Source of the DNA: Terriglobia bacterium
GTDB lineage: Bacteria > Acidobacteriota > Terriglobia > 20CM-2-55-15
DNA length: 64,000 nucleotides
Assembly: GCA_965198225.1 (NCBI GenBank)
Contig: CBDAOY010000004.1
Span: 1 to 64,000, forward strand
Direction: 5' to 3'
The notes beneath the pieces were generated by a model. It had not been told where the DNA came from. It saw only the letters and a program-made list of their open reading frames with translations, and made no database searches. The position numbers and the translations under genes were made by a program. Shown here one piece after another: positions 1 through 10,922 of this stretch; the stretch's first letter is position 1, and every line of letters starts with the position of its first letter.

Positions 1-1251
1 GAGCCGGCCCCGGGCGAGGTCGCCAAACACGAACTTGCCCCTGAGTGCCTCGATGCGGCCGTAGTAGGCGAATCCGCCCGACACGGCCTGGCCGTCGTTG
101 TGGTCGTAGATCGCCACCGGGTAGGTGAACCCGTCCTCTACTTGTCCGTTCAGAACTTCCTCCGGCAGCGGGAACAACTGATTCAGTGCCCCGCCGGGTC
201 TGGTGACGCCGTTTTCGAAGTACCCCTCGCGCCGCATCCAGCCGTAGTTCCCGCCTTCGTGGACGATGTTGATTTCCTCGATGTGGTTCATCCCGATGTC
301 CGACGCGAACATCGTCCCATCGGTGAGATCCCACGAAAGCCGGTGGGCGTTCCGAAACCCATACGCGTAAATCTCACCGAGCGTATGCGGATCGCCGTCT
401 GCAGCGAACTTATTGATCGCCGGAATCGTGTAATCCCCAAGCCCCTTCGTTCCACCCGATATGGTAGGAGGGCGCGGATCAATCCGCAGAATGGCGCCGA
501 CGACCGTGTCCAGACGCTGTACCTGGCCGGGATTGTTCGCGTTCGGCCCCCTGCCGTTGCTGAACCCGAGGTCGCTGCCGCTTGTGTAGAGCAAACCGTA
601 GTCAGCGTCGCCGGGCATCGACGTCGGATTGAACCCCACATGGCCGAACGGGTGGGTGAGGCTGTCGACCACGTGCGCCACACGGAGCAGTTCACGCCGG
701 GTACCCTCGAACGTGTTCGCCGCCGGGCTCATCGCACGCCACTCCGTGATGACGTTGTGGTAGGTGACAGCGGCTGGCCTGAACCCCGGCGGGATGAAGT
801 GCGGGGTGGCGGGGTTGCCTGTTGCGCGCTCGCCGTGCACGGTGTAGAGCAATCCGTTCCGCGAGAATTCCGGGTGGAAGTCAAATCCGATGAAACCGCT
901 CTCCAGCCTGTCGTAGACCGTAAACGGAAAGGCGTCGGCGAAGTTCGCGTAGACGGTAGGCTGGTTGTCGCGATCGAGCAGGTACAAGAACCCGCGCGAG
1001 TCGTTGACGAACCGGCGGCCGTCCGGAAGGTCGCGGACGTAACTCACGCGCGCCCAGCCCGCGGGATTGACGTCCTGATCGGCAGGGCGCATCCCGCGCG
1101 ACTCCGGTAGACGCACGACATCCCTGATCTCGACCATCAGGCCACGTTTTTCAACCGGAGCCGGAACTGGATTCTTGATCTGGGCAGGAATCGCTCCAGA
1201 GGCCCCGAGCGCCAGTGAGACGACAATGACGAGCAGCATCCAATTGCGCAT
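1..1251 (-). CDS. PQQ-dependent sugar (glucose/sorbosone) dehydrogenase family protein, runs off the window start
   Basis: Manual translation from ATG at 1251 (GGAGG RBS): signal peptide MRNWMLLVIVVSLALG, then GFIGFDFHPEF, GAILRIDP, EIYAYGFRNAHRLSWD, DIGMNHIEEINIVHEGGNYGW (GSDH motifs). Absent from the ORF track because it is open at the edge. Confidence 0.85.
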   Translation of the reverse strand, partial: MRNWMLLVIVVSLALGASGAIPAQIKNPVPAPVEKRGLMVEIRDVVRLPESRGMRPADQDVNPAGWARVSYVRDLPDGRRFVNDSRGFLYLLDRDNQPTVYANFADAFPFTVYDRLESGFIGFDFHPEFSRNGLLYTVHGERATGNPATPHFIPPGFRPAAVTYHNVITEWRAMSPAANTFEGTRRELLRVAHVVDSLTHPFGHVGFNPTSMPGDADYGLLYTSGSDLGFSNGRGPNANNPGQVQRLDTVVGAILRIDPRPPTISGGTKGLGDYTIPAINKFAADGDPHTLGEIYAYGFRNAHRLSWDLTDGTMFASDIGMNHIEEINIVHEGGNYGWMRREGYFENGVTRPGGALNQLFPLPEEVLNGQVEDGFTYPVAIYDHNDGQAVSGGFAYYGRIEALRGKFVFGDLARGRL

Positions 1252-1470
1252 AAACCCTCCTGTGGCTAGCCGGCTGCGAAGTAAGGATGGTTCAAGGGAC
1301 GCGCGAGGTGTGCTGCCCGAACCCGCGCCTCGCACGTGCCTTTTATCGTGCTCCCGGGCCGCCTGCCAGACTGTGCGCGTCTCTCAGTGTTCTTCCGAAA
1401 TCCCCAATTTCATCGTTATTGGTTCACGCTCGTTCATCGGGTGCCGGTAGCAGCCGGCACCCGCACCGAA

Positions 1471-2559
1471 TTACGGACCTGCGGAGCTCGAATACTTCCT
1501 GGACTGGTATCCGACCACCAGGGCGGCATCGACGCCCTTCTTCGGGCGAAACTTCTGGACGCGGTTGCCCTGCGCGCTCGCCACGTAGAGGTCGCCGTCG
1601 CGGTCTACACTGATCTGGTGAGGCCCCCACAACGCGCCGGGCAGCGTCCCGAAGGTTCCCCAGGAAAAGAGCAGCTTTCCATTCAGGTCGTACTTCAGAA
1701 TCTTATGGGTGTACCCGTCAGACACCCAGAGATGCTGGTCATCCGACATATGAAGGAAGTAGGGATGGGTGATGTTCGGCCACTCATCCAGATACTTCCC
1801 GTTCTGGTCGAAGATCTGGATGCGGGAATTCCCACGGTCGGAAACATAGACGCGGCCCTGATCGTCGATCGCGATGCCGTGGACAGTGTCGAACTCTCCC
1901 GGACCCGTGCCGGGCTTCCCCCATTCCATCAGGTACTCACCGTCGGCTGAGAACTTGACGACGCGCGTGTTGACGTAGCCATCCGTGATATAGAAGTCCC
2001 CGTTGGGAAGCCACCACATATCGGACGGCCTGTTGAAGTGATTCCGATCATCGCCGGGCACACCTTTTTCTCCGAGCTTCATCACAAGCTTCTCGCCATG
2101 ATGCGTAAATTTCATCACTTGATGGCCCGAATGGTCGATCAGCCAGACGTGACGCTCGGGATCGTAGGGGCTGATCAGCACGCGATGCGCGCTGACGAAC
2201 TTGTCGTTGTGCTGGGACCAGTCCTCCAGGAGTTTGCCGTTTCCGTCGAAGACGAGCAGCATGTGCTCCCACTTGGGCTGTCGATTGCTCCTTACGACCG
2301 CGCGGAAGCCATTGCCGCCTGTTGCGCCCTCGATTTCAGGCAGGCAGCCCCGTTGAAAGACGTAAATCCGGTCGGGTGACTCGGCAAAAACGGCGGGGGA
2401 TGAGCCCCACGTCCAGCCCTCTCCGCAAGCCGGTTGCGGCCATCCTCTGACGAGCTCATAAGGGCCCGATATGTCTTCGCCGCCCTTCTCCTGAGCGACG
2501 CCCACCACTGCCAGGCCGGTGACCAGCAGCACCGAAATGGCCCACTTACCGATTCGCAT
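1471..2559 (-). CDS. Secreted NHL-repeat beta-propeller (peptidyl-alpha-hydroxyglycine lyase-like)
   Basis: Signal peptide; NHL repeats FNRPSD, DGYVNTRVVKF, GEFDTVHGIAIDDQGRVYVSDRGNSRIQIFD. Confidence 0.85.
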   Translation of the reverse strand: MRIGKWAISVLLVTGLAVVGVAQEKGGEDISGPYELVRGWPQPACGEGWTWGSSPAVFAESPDRIYVFQRGCLPEIEGATGGNGFRAVVRSNRQPKWEHMLLVFDGNGKLLEDWSQHNDKFVSAHRVLISPYDPERHVWLIDHSGHQVMKFTHHGEKLVMKLGEKGVPGDDRNHFNRPSDMWWLPNGDFYITDGYVNTRVVKFSADGEYLMEWGKPGTGPGEFDTVHGIAIDDQGRVYVSDRGNSRIQIFDQNGKYLDEWPNITHPYFLHMSDDQHLWVSDGYTHKILKYDLNGKLLFSWGTFGTLPGALWGPHQISVDRDGDLYVASAQGNRVQKFRPKKGVDAALVVGYQSRKYSSSAGP

Positions 2560-2666
2560 AGGCCCCCCCTTTCGACAAGCTACAGGTTACAGCTGTTTCG
2601 TTATCGGCCCACGGAAAGCACCGTCTTCCCGTGTACGCTTCTCCCTACTCTTTTAGCCGTTTCCTT

Positions 2667-4181
2667 CTACGGGGACTCGCCAATAGAGTCCATGAAATCG
2701 GACATCGGAACCACATTCCCATGGATGGGTGCAATGGTTGCGACGTCCAGCCCCAGGCGCTCGATGTTTTCGTAGAGCGTCACGCTGTTGGCGTTGGGGG
2801 TTGCCGGGGCCGGTTGGCCGCGGGGCGAGTACATGTCCGCCTGGATTAGAATCTTCTCCTTCGGCAGATAGGCAATCGACATGCCCGCGACGTGGCGGAG
2901 GCCCTCCATTCGGTAGATGTCCATCGTCCGCTCCCCATCGCTCAGCACGTACTTTTCCCGGTATGTTTCAAACGTGTAGCCTTCGGCGACCTCCTCGGGC
3001 GGGTACAACGACAGCCTGTCGGGCTGCAACACCCACTGCTTCTCTGTCACTATTTCCTCGAAGTACGCCCGGTTTCCCTCGTGCGTGATCACCGTGGCGC
3101 CCTCGTGAACATAGGCGCGGATTCCGCCCAGGTGGTCCCAGTGGTGGTGGGTGTTCACCACGAACCGAATCGGTTTGTCGGGGATGAGTCTGTGCACTTC
3201 TTCGATAACGGCAAGGGATCGTTCCTCATTCTGGGGGGCCTCGACGACTACCGCATAGTCGCGGAACTCGACGGCCACGCTGTGGTGTGAGGAACCCGTC
3301 AGATGCCATACCCCATCGGCAACCTCCTGTGACTCGACGCGGACCGGCGGGCCGGTCGCCTGACGCACAGTCGCAGGAACGGTCAGAGCGGCGTCGCTCA
3401 CGTTCACCTGGACGTTGCTCAGGTTGAGGCCAATGGAGTGGTCGCCGCCGCTCACGTTTGGCAGGCGCTCATTGTCGTCATAATCCTGATGCTGATGGAA
3501 GTTGGTGGGGAACTTCACGCCATCGAAATCCCGGTATCCGGCGTACATGGTCTCGTAGTACATGTCCCCGACGACAGGGTTGGGAACCCAGGTCTGTACT
3601 CTCACGACCAGGTTCTGATCATTGATCGTGCCGTTCACCCTGTACTTGCCGAGGGCTTTGAACGACACGACGTTCACCCTCTCTCCGTATTCATTCCGCG
3701 AGACTACGATCGGGTCGCTCTCCATGGCCGCTTTGAGAAAGCCGTGCGGCGTGAGCCAGATCTCGAGCTGTCGTACCTCTGCCGCGGCCGGTAGCGGTCT
3801 GACAGCGTCTCCTTGCATGTTCCAGGCGTAGTCCGCGCTGACCATGAATGCGTCCCGCCGTTCCCCCTGAATTGGCGCTCCGCCTCCGCCGCGGGAGTCG
3901 TAGTTCCCCTGGACGCGAACCATTTCTTCCTTCGAGGCTTTGGCTTCGAAGTCGATGGTTCGCGTATAACTGGTGATTTCAGATCGCGGCCAGTCCAACT
4001 CCGGGCTGTAGTTCTGGCCCACCGCGCCTCTCCAGCCGGTCCCGGAGTATTGTATGGACTTCAAGTTGATGGCGCCCATCTCGTCTGCCGCGGCCTGTAG
4101 AACGGTCTGGGCATCCTGGGCCGCCGCCGTGGGGACCATCAGCGCCGACATTGCGCATAAGACCAATAGTCTGGTTCTCAT
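2667..4181 (-). CDS. Secreted MBL-fold metallo-hydrolase
   Basis: Start MRTRLLVL with GGAGGAG RBS; VNTHHHWDHLGG metal motif; ADMY and PIHG C-terminal ligands. Confidence 0.85.
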   Translation of the reverse strand: MRTRLLVLCAMSALMVPTAAAQDAQTVLQAAADEMGAINLKSIQYSGTGWRGAVGQNYSPELDWPRSEITSYTRTIDFEAKASKEEMVRVQGNYDSRGGGGAPIQGERRDAFMVSADYAWNMQGDAVRPLPAAAEVRQLEIWLTPHGFLKAAMESDPIVVSRNEYGERVNVVSFKALGKYRVNGTINDQNLVVRVQTWVPNPVVGDMYYETMYAGYRDFDGVKFPTNFHQHQDYDDNERLPNVSGGDHSIGLNLSNVQVNVSDAALTVPATVRQATGPPVRVESQEVADGVWHLTGSSHHSVAVEFRDYAVVVEAPQNEERSLAVIEEVHRLIPDKPIRFVVNTHHHWDHLGGIRAYVHEGATVITHEGNRAYFEEIVTEKQWVLQPDRLSLYPPEEVAEGYTFETYREKYVLSDGERTMDIYRMEGLRHVAGMSIAYLPKEKILIQADMYSPRGQPAPATPNANSVTLYENIERLGLDVATIAPIHGNVVPMSDFMDSIGESP

Positions 4182-4435
4182 AACTCCTCCCAATTTCCTC
4201 GAGATTGTCGCGTTGGTGTATCCGGGAATTCTCCTCTTTTGAGCTCTCGGCGGCCAGAATAATACGATCCCTTGTGCTTGGGTTGCATCCACATCCTTAA
4301 TCATCACTCTCCCGGGATGGGCTGATATGTTTCCAAGTGACTGATTGATTGCTTCCAACTCCTTCCTCCCGTACTATTTAGCCAAGTTCTGACACACATT
4401 GGCGACGGAACGCTTCGAGAGGCAGCTTGTAGCCC

Positions 4436-7078
4436 ATGGCTCTCACAGCAGGCACACGTCTCGCCAGCTACGAGATCATATCGACCCTCGGCAAGGGTGG
4501 TATGGGCGAAGTCTGGCGTGCACGGGACAGCAAACTCGGGCGCGAAGTCGCGATCAAGACCCTCCCCGAGGAGTTCGCCCAAGACGAAGAACGCCTCGCC
4601 CGGTTCGAGCGTGAAGCCAAACTGCTGGCATCGCTGAATCATCCGAACATCGCAACCATCCACGGGCTGGAAGAAGACAAAGGCATACGGTTCCTGGTCC
4701 TGGAACTGGTGGAAGGCGACACCTTAGCGGATGAGGTAAAACGGGGCGCTATCGCGGTGGAGAGGTCTCTCAAACTCGCCCTACAGATCGCCGAAGCCCT
4801 CGAAGCTGCACACGAGAAAGGTGTCATCCACCGCGACCTGAAACCCCTGAACATCAAGGTGACGCCGGACGGCAAGGTGAAGGTGCTGGACTTCGGGCTG
4901 GCCAAGGCGTTGGCGGGCGACGGGAGCGGGGCGAATCTTTCTCAGTCGCCCACGATCAGCATGAGCGCCACGCAGCAGGGGATGATTCTCGGCACGGCCG
5001 CGTATATGGCGCCGGAACAAGCCCGTGGACAGGACGTCGATAAGAGGGCCGACGTGTGGGCGTTCGGTTGCGTGCTGTACGAGATGCTGGCGGGTCGGCA
5101 GACCTGAGCTGGTCCGACGGTAACGGACATGATCGCGGCGGCGGTAGCGAGGGACCCCGACTTCACGACGCTTCCGGCGAATATTAATCCGCAGGTTCAG
5201 GAGCTACTGCGTCGGTGTCTGGAGAAAGAGCCGAAAAACCGCTGGCAAGCCGTCGGTGACGTGCGGGTCGAGGTAGAGCAGTTGCTCGCCGATCCAGACG
5301 GCCTGTTGGTGCAGCCGGTTGCCGATGTCATCCAGGCACCACCGAGGCCGATACTCCGGTGGGTCGGCGCTACCTTCGCCGTGACGGCCATCATCACGGC
5401 CATTGCAACTTTGAGCCTGCAGCCAGACCCACCGACTCCCGTGGTGGCGCGTTTCGTACACAGCTTGCCCGATGAACAGGCCATCACTGGAATCGGCGGC
5501 CTTCTCGCAGTTTCTCCGGATGACCGGAGCATCGCCTACCCGGCAAACAACCAATTGTGGATCCGCGCAGTGGGGGCGTTGGAAGCAAGACCCGTGCCGG
5601 GGACGGAGGAAAACCCCCAAAGGCCGATCTTCTCACCGGACGGTCAGTGGATTGCTTACTCGGCCGACGCCCAGCTGAAGAAGGTGCAGATCAGTGGCGG
5701 GACTCCATTTTCGTTGGGTGCCGCGACGGCTCCGTCAGGCTGGGATTGGTACGGCGACACGATTTATTACGGGCAAGGCTTCGGGCCGATCATGAGCGTT
5801 TCTTACAACGGTGGAAACCCAGAGGTGGTCGTGGATGTTGGATTTCTTCCACATGTCTTGCCCGGCGGTAAGGCTTTGTTGTTCACCGCACAGTCAGCGG
5901 AGTCGTCCAGCGGGTTCCAGATATGGTCGCAATCGTTGGAAACCGGCGAACGCAAACTCGTCATCCCAGATGGCACCCACCCACAGTATGTTTCGACAGG
6001 GCACCTCACCTATTTTCTCGACGGTGCTGTCTTCGCGGTACCGTTCGACGTCGAAAACCTGGAGCCACAGGGCGGGCCGGTGGCGGTCATCGAAAACGTC
6101 CGGCGCATGGGCATTCCGATTCCCCACTTTGTCCTGTCCGACAACGGCACGGCGGTCTATTTGCCGTCCGGGGACACCGACGTGCTACTGAGTCACCTGG
6201 TCTGGGTGGATCGCGAGGGCAACGAAGAAAACCTCACGACGGAACCCGGCAACTACGATTTCCCCGTCCTGGCCCCGGACGGTTCCATGGTGGCGTATTT
6301 CGATAACCGACCCGGACTTTATGACATTTGGACCTATGGCATGGAGACGGGCGTTCGGAGGCAGGAGACCTTTTTCCCGGGGTTTGACCGGCTGACTGTC
6401 TGGAGCCCGAACGGCGATCGTCTCGCGTTCAGTTCAGACCGAGATGCGAACGATAACGATCTCTTCGTCAAGCAGATGGATCCACGCCAGGAGCCGGAGC
6501 GACTGCTCCCTCGTCAGCGAAATCAGTTTCCGACTTCCTGGTCCCCGGATGGCAGGACGTTGGTTTTCCATGAACCTCTCCAGGGGGGCAGTGGTCTGCA
6601 GGACATCTACACGCTGTCATTGGACGACCAGGAGGTGACGCCTTTCGTCGCGACTCAGGCGGACGAGAGGGGGGGCATGTTTTCACCCGATGGGGAGTGG
6701 ATTGCCTATGTGTCCGACGAAATGGGCGCCACCGAAGTGTTCGTGATGCCATTTCCGGCAGAACCTGGCCGCCGGGTCCGCATATCCTATGGAGGGGGGT
6801 CAGATCCCAAGTGGAGTGTCGATGGCAGTGAGCTGTTCTACCGGGACGGCACAAACATGGTGAGCGTCGAAATCCGTCCTGGTACGGAGTTTGAAGTGGG
6901 CCGGTCCCGCCCGCTTTTCCCAGACAGCTATCGGCGACTCGCCAACGGAAACGTCACCGACTACGACGTCGACGGCAGCAGGTTCCTGATGGTCAAGAAT
7001 CTACAAACGGCCAACGAGCAGATCCACGTCATCCTGAACTGGCACCAGGAGCTGCTCGAGCGCGTACCGGTCAATTGA
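4436..7078 (+). pseudogene. Hanks-type Ser/Thr kinase + TM + TolB-like propeller, interrupted by one in-frame TGA at 5105-5107
   Basis: ORFs 4436-5107 and 5129-7078 are in the same frame; GKGGMGEV, VAIK, HRDLKP, DFG, YMAPE, DVWAFG motifs, then PD40/TolB repeats (FSPDG) and C-terminal NWHQELLERVPVN. Confidence 0.85.
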
Positions 7079-7245
7079 GCGCTGCCATGCGGCTCGCGAA
7101 ATCCAGTGAAAGTCAATATCTTAGCGGTGCGGGGTCCACGTGAGCCGGAATGTCTTTCGACCCTGTTTGAAGCACCGAAAGAGGACGAAGGCCCGCTAGG
7201 CTCTGTTTCGCCTCCGGTTCTCGTCCACGTTTTTACTTTCTTGCC

Positions 7246-8391
7246 TCACGCGCCGATGAGGCGATCCCCCCACAGGCGCTCGAAGAACAATTGGACGGGC
7301 AGCACGAGGATGCCTTCATCAGTTACGCGTTCGCGCGGTTCCGTGGATACGATGACTCTCTCCTTGAGCTTTACCTCCTCCGAAAGTGCGAGCAGACCTT
7401 TCAGATCTCCGCGCGAGATGCGTCGCGATGCTTTCACTTCGATGCCCGTTTGGCCGCCCACTACAAAATCAACCTCCTGTCCGGAGTGAGTCCGCCAGAA
7501 TGTCAGTTCAGTGTCGAGCCGCCGGTAGTCCAGGTAGGCCCTCAATTCCAGGAAGATCTGGTGTTCGAGTGCGGACCCGTAAAGCTCGGAACGGGGTCGT
7601 ATCTCTCCCCTTTTCATGAGGGCGTTGGCGACGCCGACGTCGAAGAAGTAAAACTTCGCCGTCGCCACAGGTTTGCGCTTGAGCGTTCGCCGAAACGGAG
7701 GAAGCCGAAAGCCCACGAGTGTGTCCTCCAGCATCTGGTAGTGTTCGCGAACAGTGCGTGCCGGAATGCCCGTGTCGTTCGACACGGACGTGTAGTTCAG
7801 GATGTGCGTGTTGGTAAGGGCGGCGACTTCGAGAAAACGGGAGAAGCTTTCGATGGACCGGACCAGCCCTTCTGCCCGAATCTCCTCTTGCAGGTATCCG
7901 CCGACGTAAGCTCTCAGGTCTTCCTGTGGAACGGCGGAATCGAACACCGCGGGCAGGCCGCCAACATTCAGTCTCTTGCCGAGTGACCGATAGGCAAGCT
8001 CATGGGATATGAGCGGATGCAGCCGGCAAAACCACGCCCGGCCAGCCAGCAGGTTGGCCCGCCCTCGCCTGAGCTTTCTGGCGCTGCTTCCCGTGAAGAT
8101 GAAACGCAGGGTTCTGTTGCGATCGATCAACGCCTGGGCTTCATCCAGAATAGCCGGCAGCTTCTGCACCTCATCAATAATGATCAGTTTTTCATCGGGC
8201 CGGAGCGATTGCCGGATTGTTTCGGGATAGGCGCTCAGCTCGCGGAAGGTGTTGGCTTCGAGCAGGTCGACATATCGGGCCTCCGGGAAGGTGTGTCGAA
8301 GCAGCGTGCTCTTGCCCGTCTGCCGTGGACCCAGCAGGAATAGCGAGCGGTGTTTGATCAACTCGGTCAAGGCAACCATGCGTTGGTACAT
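7246..8391 (-). CDS. AAA_14 ATPase with DUF4143 (PD-(D/E)xK-like) C-terminus
   Basis: GPRQTGKST Walker A, IIIDEVQK Walker B, TGSSA, KFYFFDVG, EVDFV..IEVK. Confidence 0.9.
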   Translation of the reverse strand: MYQRMVALTELIKHRSLFLLGPRQTGKSTLLRHTFPEARYVDLLEANTFRELSAYPETIRQSLRPDEKLIIIDEVQKLPAILDEAQALIDRNRTLRFIFTGSSARKLRRGRANLLAGRAWFCRLHPLISHELAYRSLGKRLNVGGLPAVFDSAVPQEDLRAYVGGYLQEEIRAEGLVRSIESFSRFLEVAALTNTHILNYTSVSNDTGIPARTVREHYQMLEDTLVGFRLPPFRRTLKRKPVATAKFYFFDVGVANALMKRGEIRPRSELYGSALEHQIFLELRAYLDYRRLDTELTFWRTHSGQEVDFVVGGQTGIEVKASRRISRGDLKGLLALSEEVKLKERVIVSTEPRERVTDEGILVLPVQLFFERLWGDRLIGA

Positions 8392-8518
8392 TCCGCACTA
8401 TAAATGCCATATTTCTATAAATTCAGCAATATTATTGCGGATAATTCAGATCCCGGGACGCCTATGTGGCATGTCACGCTCGCGAACGAGACCCGTTCAA
8501 GAGCATCTGAAGCTTTGA

Positions 8519-8545
8519 TTGACCGACCGGGTGCCGGTGCCGTGA
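8519..8545 (+). repeat. Remnant of a kinase-TolB gene 3' end (LTDRVPVP*)
   Basis: ttg acc gac cgg gtg ccg gtg ccg tga matches the family C-terminus (ERVPVN*, QLVPVP*). Confidence 0.55.
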
Positions 8546-8674
8546 AGGCCATCGTCCCTCGCTGATTCATTCACCTAAGTTTCACTGGACATGGCGAAGG
8601 AACCCATGAGCGAGTACTATCGACTCTGCTGCCCGGCGGCAAGCTCTGTTGCCCAGTGGTGAAGGAGGTAAGTC

Positions 8675-10732
8675 ATGAAGAAAGCACGCTTCGGCAAGGC
8701 GCTCACGCCGGCCGTGATTGTCTTGGTCGCCGCCCTGAGTGTGTCCGGGCAAGGCCTGCGTCCGATGACGGTCGTGGACTTGATCAACGTTCCCTCGCTG
8801 CGCGATCCACAACTCTCCCCGGATGGATCGCAGCTGCTCTACGTTCGAGCCGATGCGGACTGGAAGGCGAACAAACGAATCAGCCACATCTGGCGAGTCA
8901 ATGCCGACGGGACAGGATCGATTCAGCTGACGAGCCACATCGAGGGCGAGAGCAGTCCCCGCTGGTCGCCGGACGGAAGGACGATCGCGTTTCTGGCCAA
9001 GCGCGGCGAGGAAGAACACCAGCAAATCTACCTGATACCGAACATTGGCGGTGAAGCCCGAGCTCTGACAAGCCACCCCTCGGCGGCCTCGAACATCTCC
9101 TGGTCGCCCGACGGCGAGTCGATCTATTTCCTGGCAGCCGATCCGAAGACCCCGGAGGAGAAAGCGCGCGAGGAAGCTCAGGATGACGTCATCGCTTTTG
9201 ATGAAGACTACAAGCAGCGCCATCTGTGGAAGGTGTCCCTGGATGACGGGCCGGAACAGCGGATCACGGAAGGGGATTTCTCGATCCGCGGTTACCGCCT
9301 GTCCCGCGATGGTTCGAAGATATCGTTTCACCGGGCCCCGACCCCACTGTTCGACGACTCCGACGAGGGTGAAGTCTGGGTGATGAATTCCGACGGCTGC
9401 AACGCCGAGCAATTGACCCGCAACACGGTATCGGAGCGGGGAGCCACTCTGTCTCCCGACAACACCCAGGTACTGTTTACGACCGACTCCAACGAACGAT
9501 TCGAGACCTACTACAACGACAACATCTTCATCGTACCGGCCGGCGGCGGCCGGCATCGGATGCTGCTTGCCGATATGCCCCATGAAGTTCAGAGCGCTTC
9601 CTGGTCGGCCGACGGCAGGTCGGTGTTCTTCACGGCCAACACGGGCGTTCGCAGCGAGCTGTTTCTTGTCGACGTGGAAAACGAGCGTCTCGAACAGGTG
9701 ACCAGGGGGGACCAATCGATCGGAGGATGGTCCTACGTTCCCTCGGCCGAGAAACACGTCTTCAGCATCAATACCGCGACCAATGCCGGTGACGTCTGGA
9801 GCCTGGCAGTGGGTTCAACGAGCCCGGTCCGTATCACCCGCGTCTACGATTATCTTTCCGATGAGTTCCGCCTGCCCCGGCAGGAAGCCATCGAATGGGA
9901 AGGGGAAGATGGAGTGGGGGTCGGCGGACTCGTCTACTATCCGCTCGATTATCAGCCCGGCACCCGGTATCCGCTGATCGTGCAGACTCACGGGGGACCG
10001 GCAGCGTCCGACAAGTTCGGTTTCGGACGTTGGAGTAACTATACGCAGGTGTTGACCGCGATGGGTTACATGGTGCTGAAACCGAACTATCGAGGAAGCA
10101 CCGGTTACGGCGACGACTACCTCCGCGACATGGTCGGACATTACTACCGGCAGGCGCACCTGGACGTCATGACCGGTGTGGATCATCTCATTGAGCAGGG
10201 CCTCGTCGACGGTGACCGGATGGGCAAGATGGGATGGAGTGGTGGCGGACACATGACCAACAAGATCATCACCCATACCGATCGCTTCAAAGCCGCGTCT
10301 TCCGGAGCCGGCGCGGTGAATTGGATTTCCATGTACGCCCAGAGCGACGTCCGGATCTACCGCACGCCCTGGTTCGGTGGCACGCCCTGGCAGGAGAATG
10401 CGCCGATCGATGTCTATTGGGATAACTCCCCGCTGAAGGACATCCACCGCGTCACGACACCGACGATCGTTCTTGTGGGCGAGAAGGACGTCCGCGTTCC
10501 GTCACCGCAGTCGGTGGAACTGTATAGGGCGCTCAAGAGCAACGGGGTGGAGACACACCTCTACATTGCACCGCGAGAGCCTCATGGCTGGCAGGAACTG
10601 CGCCACGAACTGTTCAAAGTGAACGTTGAACTGGACTGGTTCGAGAAACACGTGATGGGCAAAGCGTATTCGTGGGAAGAGGCGCCTTCGGCTCCAGAGG
10701 AAGAGCCCGCGACGTCGTCGCGGCAGAATTGA
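8675..10732 (+). CDS. S9 family (acylaminoacyl/dipeptidyl) peptidase
   Basis: Signal peptide, PD40 propeller, HGGP, NYRGSTGYG, GWSGGG nucleophile, D-x-R-V, PREPHG. Confidence 0.92.
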   Translation: MKKARFGKALTPAVIVLVAALSVSGQGLRPMTVVDLINVPSLRDPQLSPDGSQLLYVRADADWKANKRISHIWRVNADGTGSIQLTSHIEGESSPRWSPDGRTIAFLAKRGEEEHQQIYLIPNIGGEARALTSHPSAASNISWSPDGESIYFLAADPKTPEEKAREEAQDDVIAFDEDYKQRHLWKVSLDDGPEQRITEGDFSIRGYRLSRDGSKISFHRAPTPLFDDSDEGEVWVMNSDGCNAEQLTRNTVSERGATLSPDNTQVLFTTDSNERFETYYNDNIFIVPAGGGRHRMLLADMPHEVQSASWSADGRSVFFTANTGVRSELFLVDVENERLEQVTRGDQSIGGWSYVPSAEKHVFSINTATNAGDVWSLAVGSTSPVRITRVYDYLSDEFRLPRQEAIEWEGEDGVGVGGLVYYPLDYQPGTRYPLIVQTHGGPAASDKFGFGRWSNYTQVLTAMGYMVLKPNYRGSTGYGDDYLRDMVGHYYRQAHLDVMTGVDHLIEQGLVDGDRMGKMGWSGGGHMTNKIITHTDRFKAASSGAGAVNWISMYAQSDVRIYRTPWFGGTPWQENAPIDVYWDNSPLKDIHRVTTPTIVLVGEKDVRVPSPQSVELYRALKSNGVETHLYIAPREPHGWQELRHELFKVNVELDWFEKHVMGKAYSWEEAPSAPEEEPATSSRQN

Positions 10733-10735
10733 CCA

Positions 10736-10787
10736 AAAGGGGACAGGACTAATAAATAGGGGACAGAGCCCTCTGTCCCCTTATTTA
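10736..10787. repeat. GGGGACAG/CTGTCCCC palindrome (REP-like hairpin, possible terminator)
   Basis: aaataggggacagagccctctgtccccttattt hairpin plus an extra ggggacag half copy right after the peptidase stop. Confidence 0.6.
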
Positions 10788-10922
10788 CCTCCGATCAGCC
10801 GCAAGAACGCGAGGTCGAGCCGAGGCCAGGAGAACGGATTGCGGCCAACCTGCGAACCCGGACGGCGCCGAACGTGCGCCTGTACCTACCGTGACAGTAG
10901 AGGTCGGCAGGTTCAGCAAGCG

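Noticed and set aside
100-1110. Long plus-strand ORF and similar antisense ORFs (e.g. 39027-41213, 52303-53904)
   Set aside because: Shadow frames of well-supported genes on the opposite strand in GC-rich DNA.
1403-1462. Possible additional kinase 3' remnant (PQF..WFTLVHRVPV)
   Set aside because: Too degenerate. The cgggtgccgg/ccggcacccg palindrome is equally well explained as a terminator-like hairpin after the NHL gene.
5105-5107. Genome-wide TGA recoding or selenocysteine
   Set aside because: TGA ends many genes here at their expected C-termini. The site aligns with an aromatic residue rather than Cys, and the downstream hairpin stem is only 5 bp.
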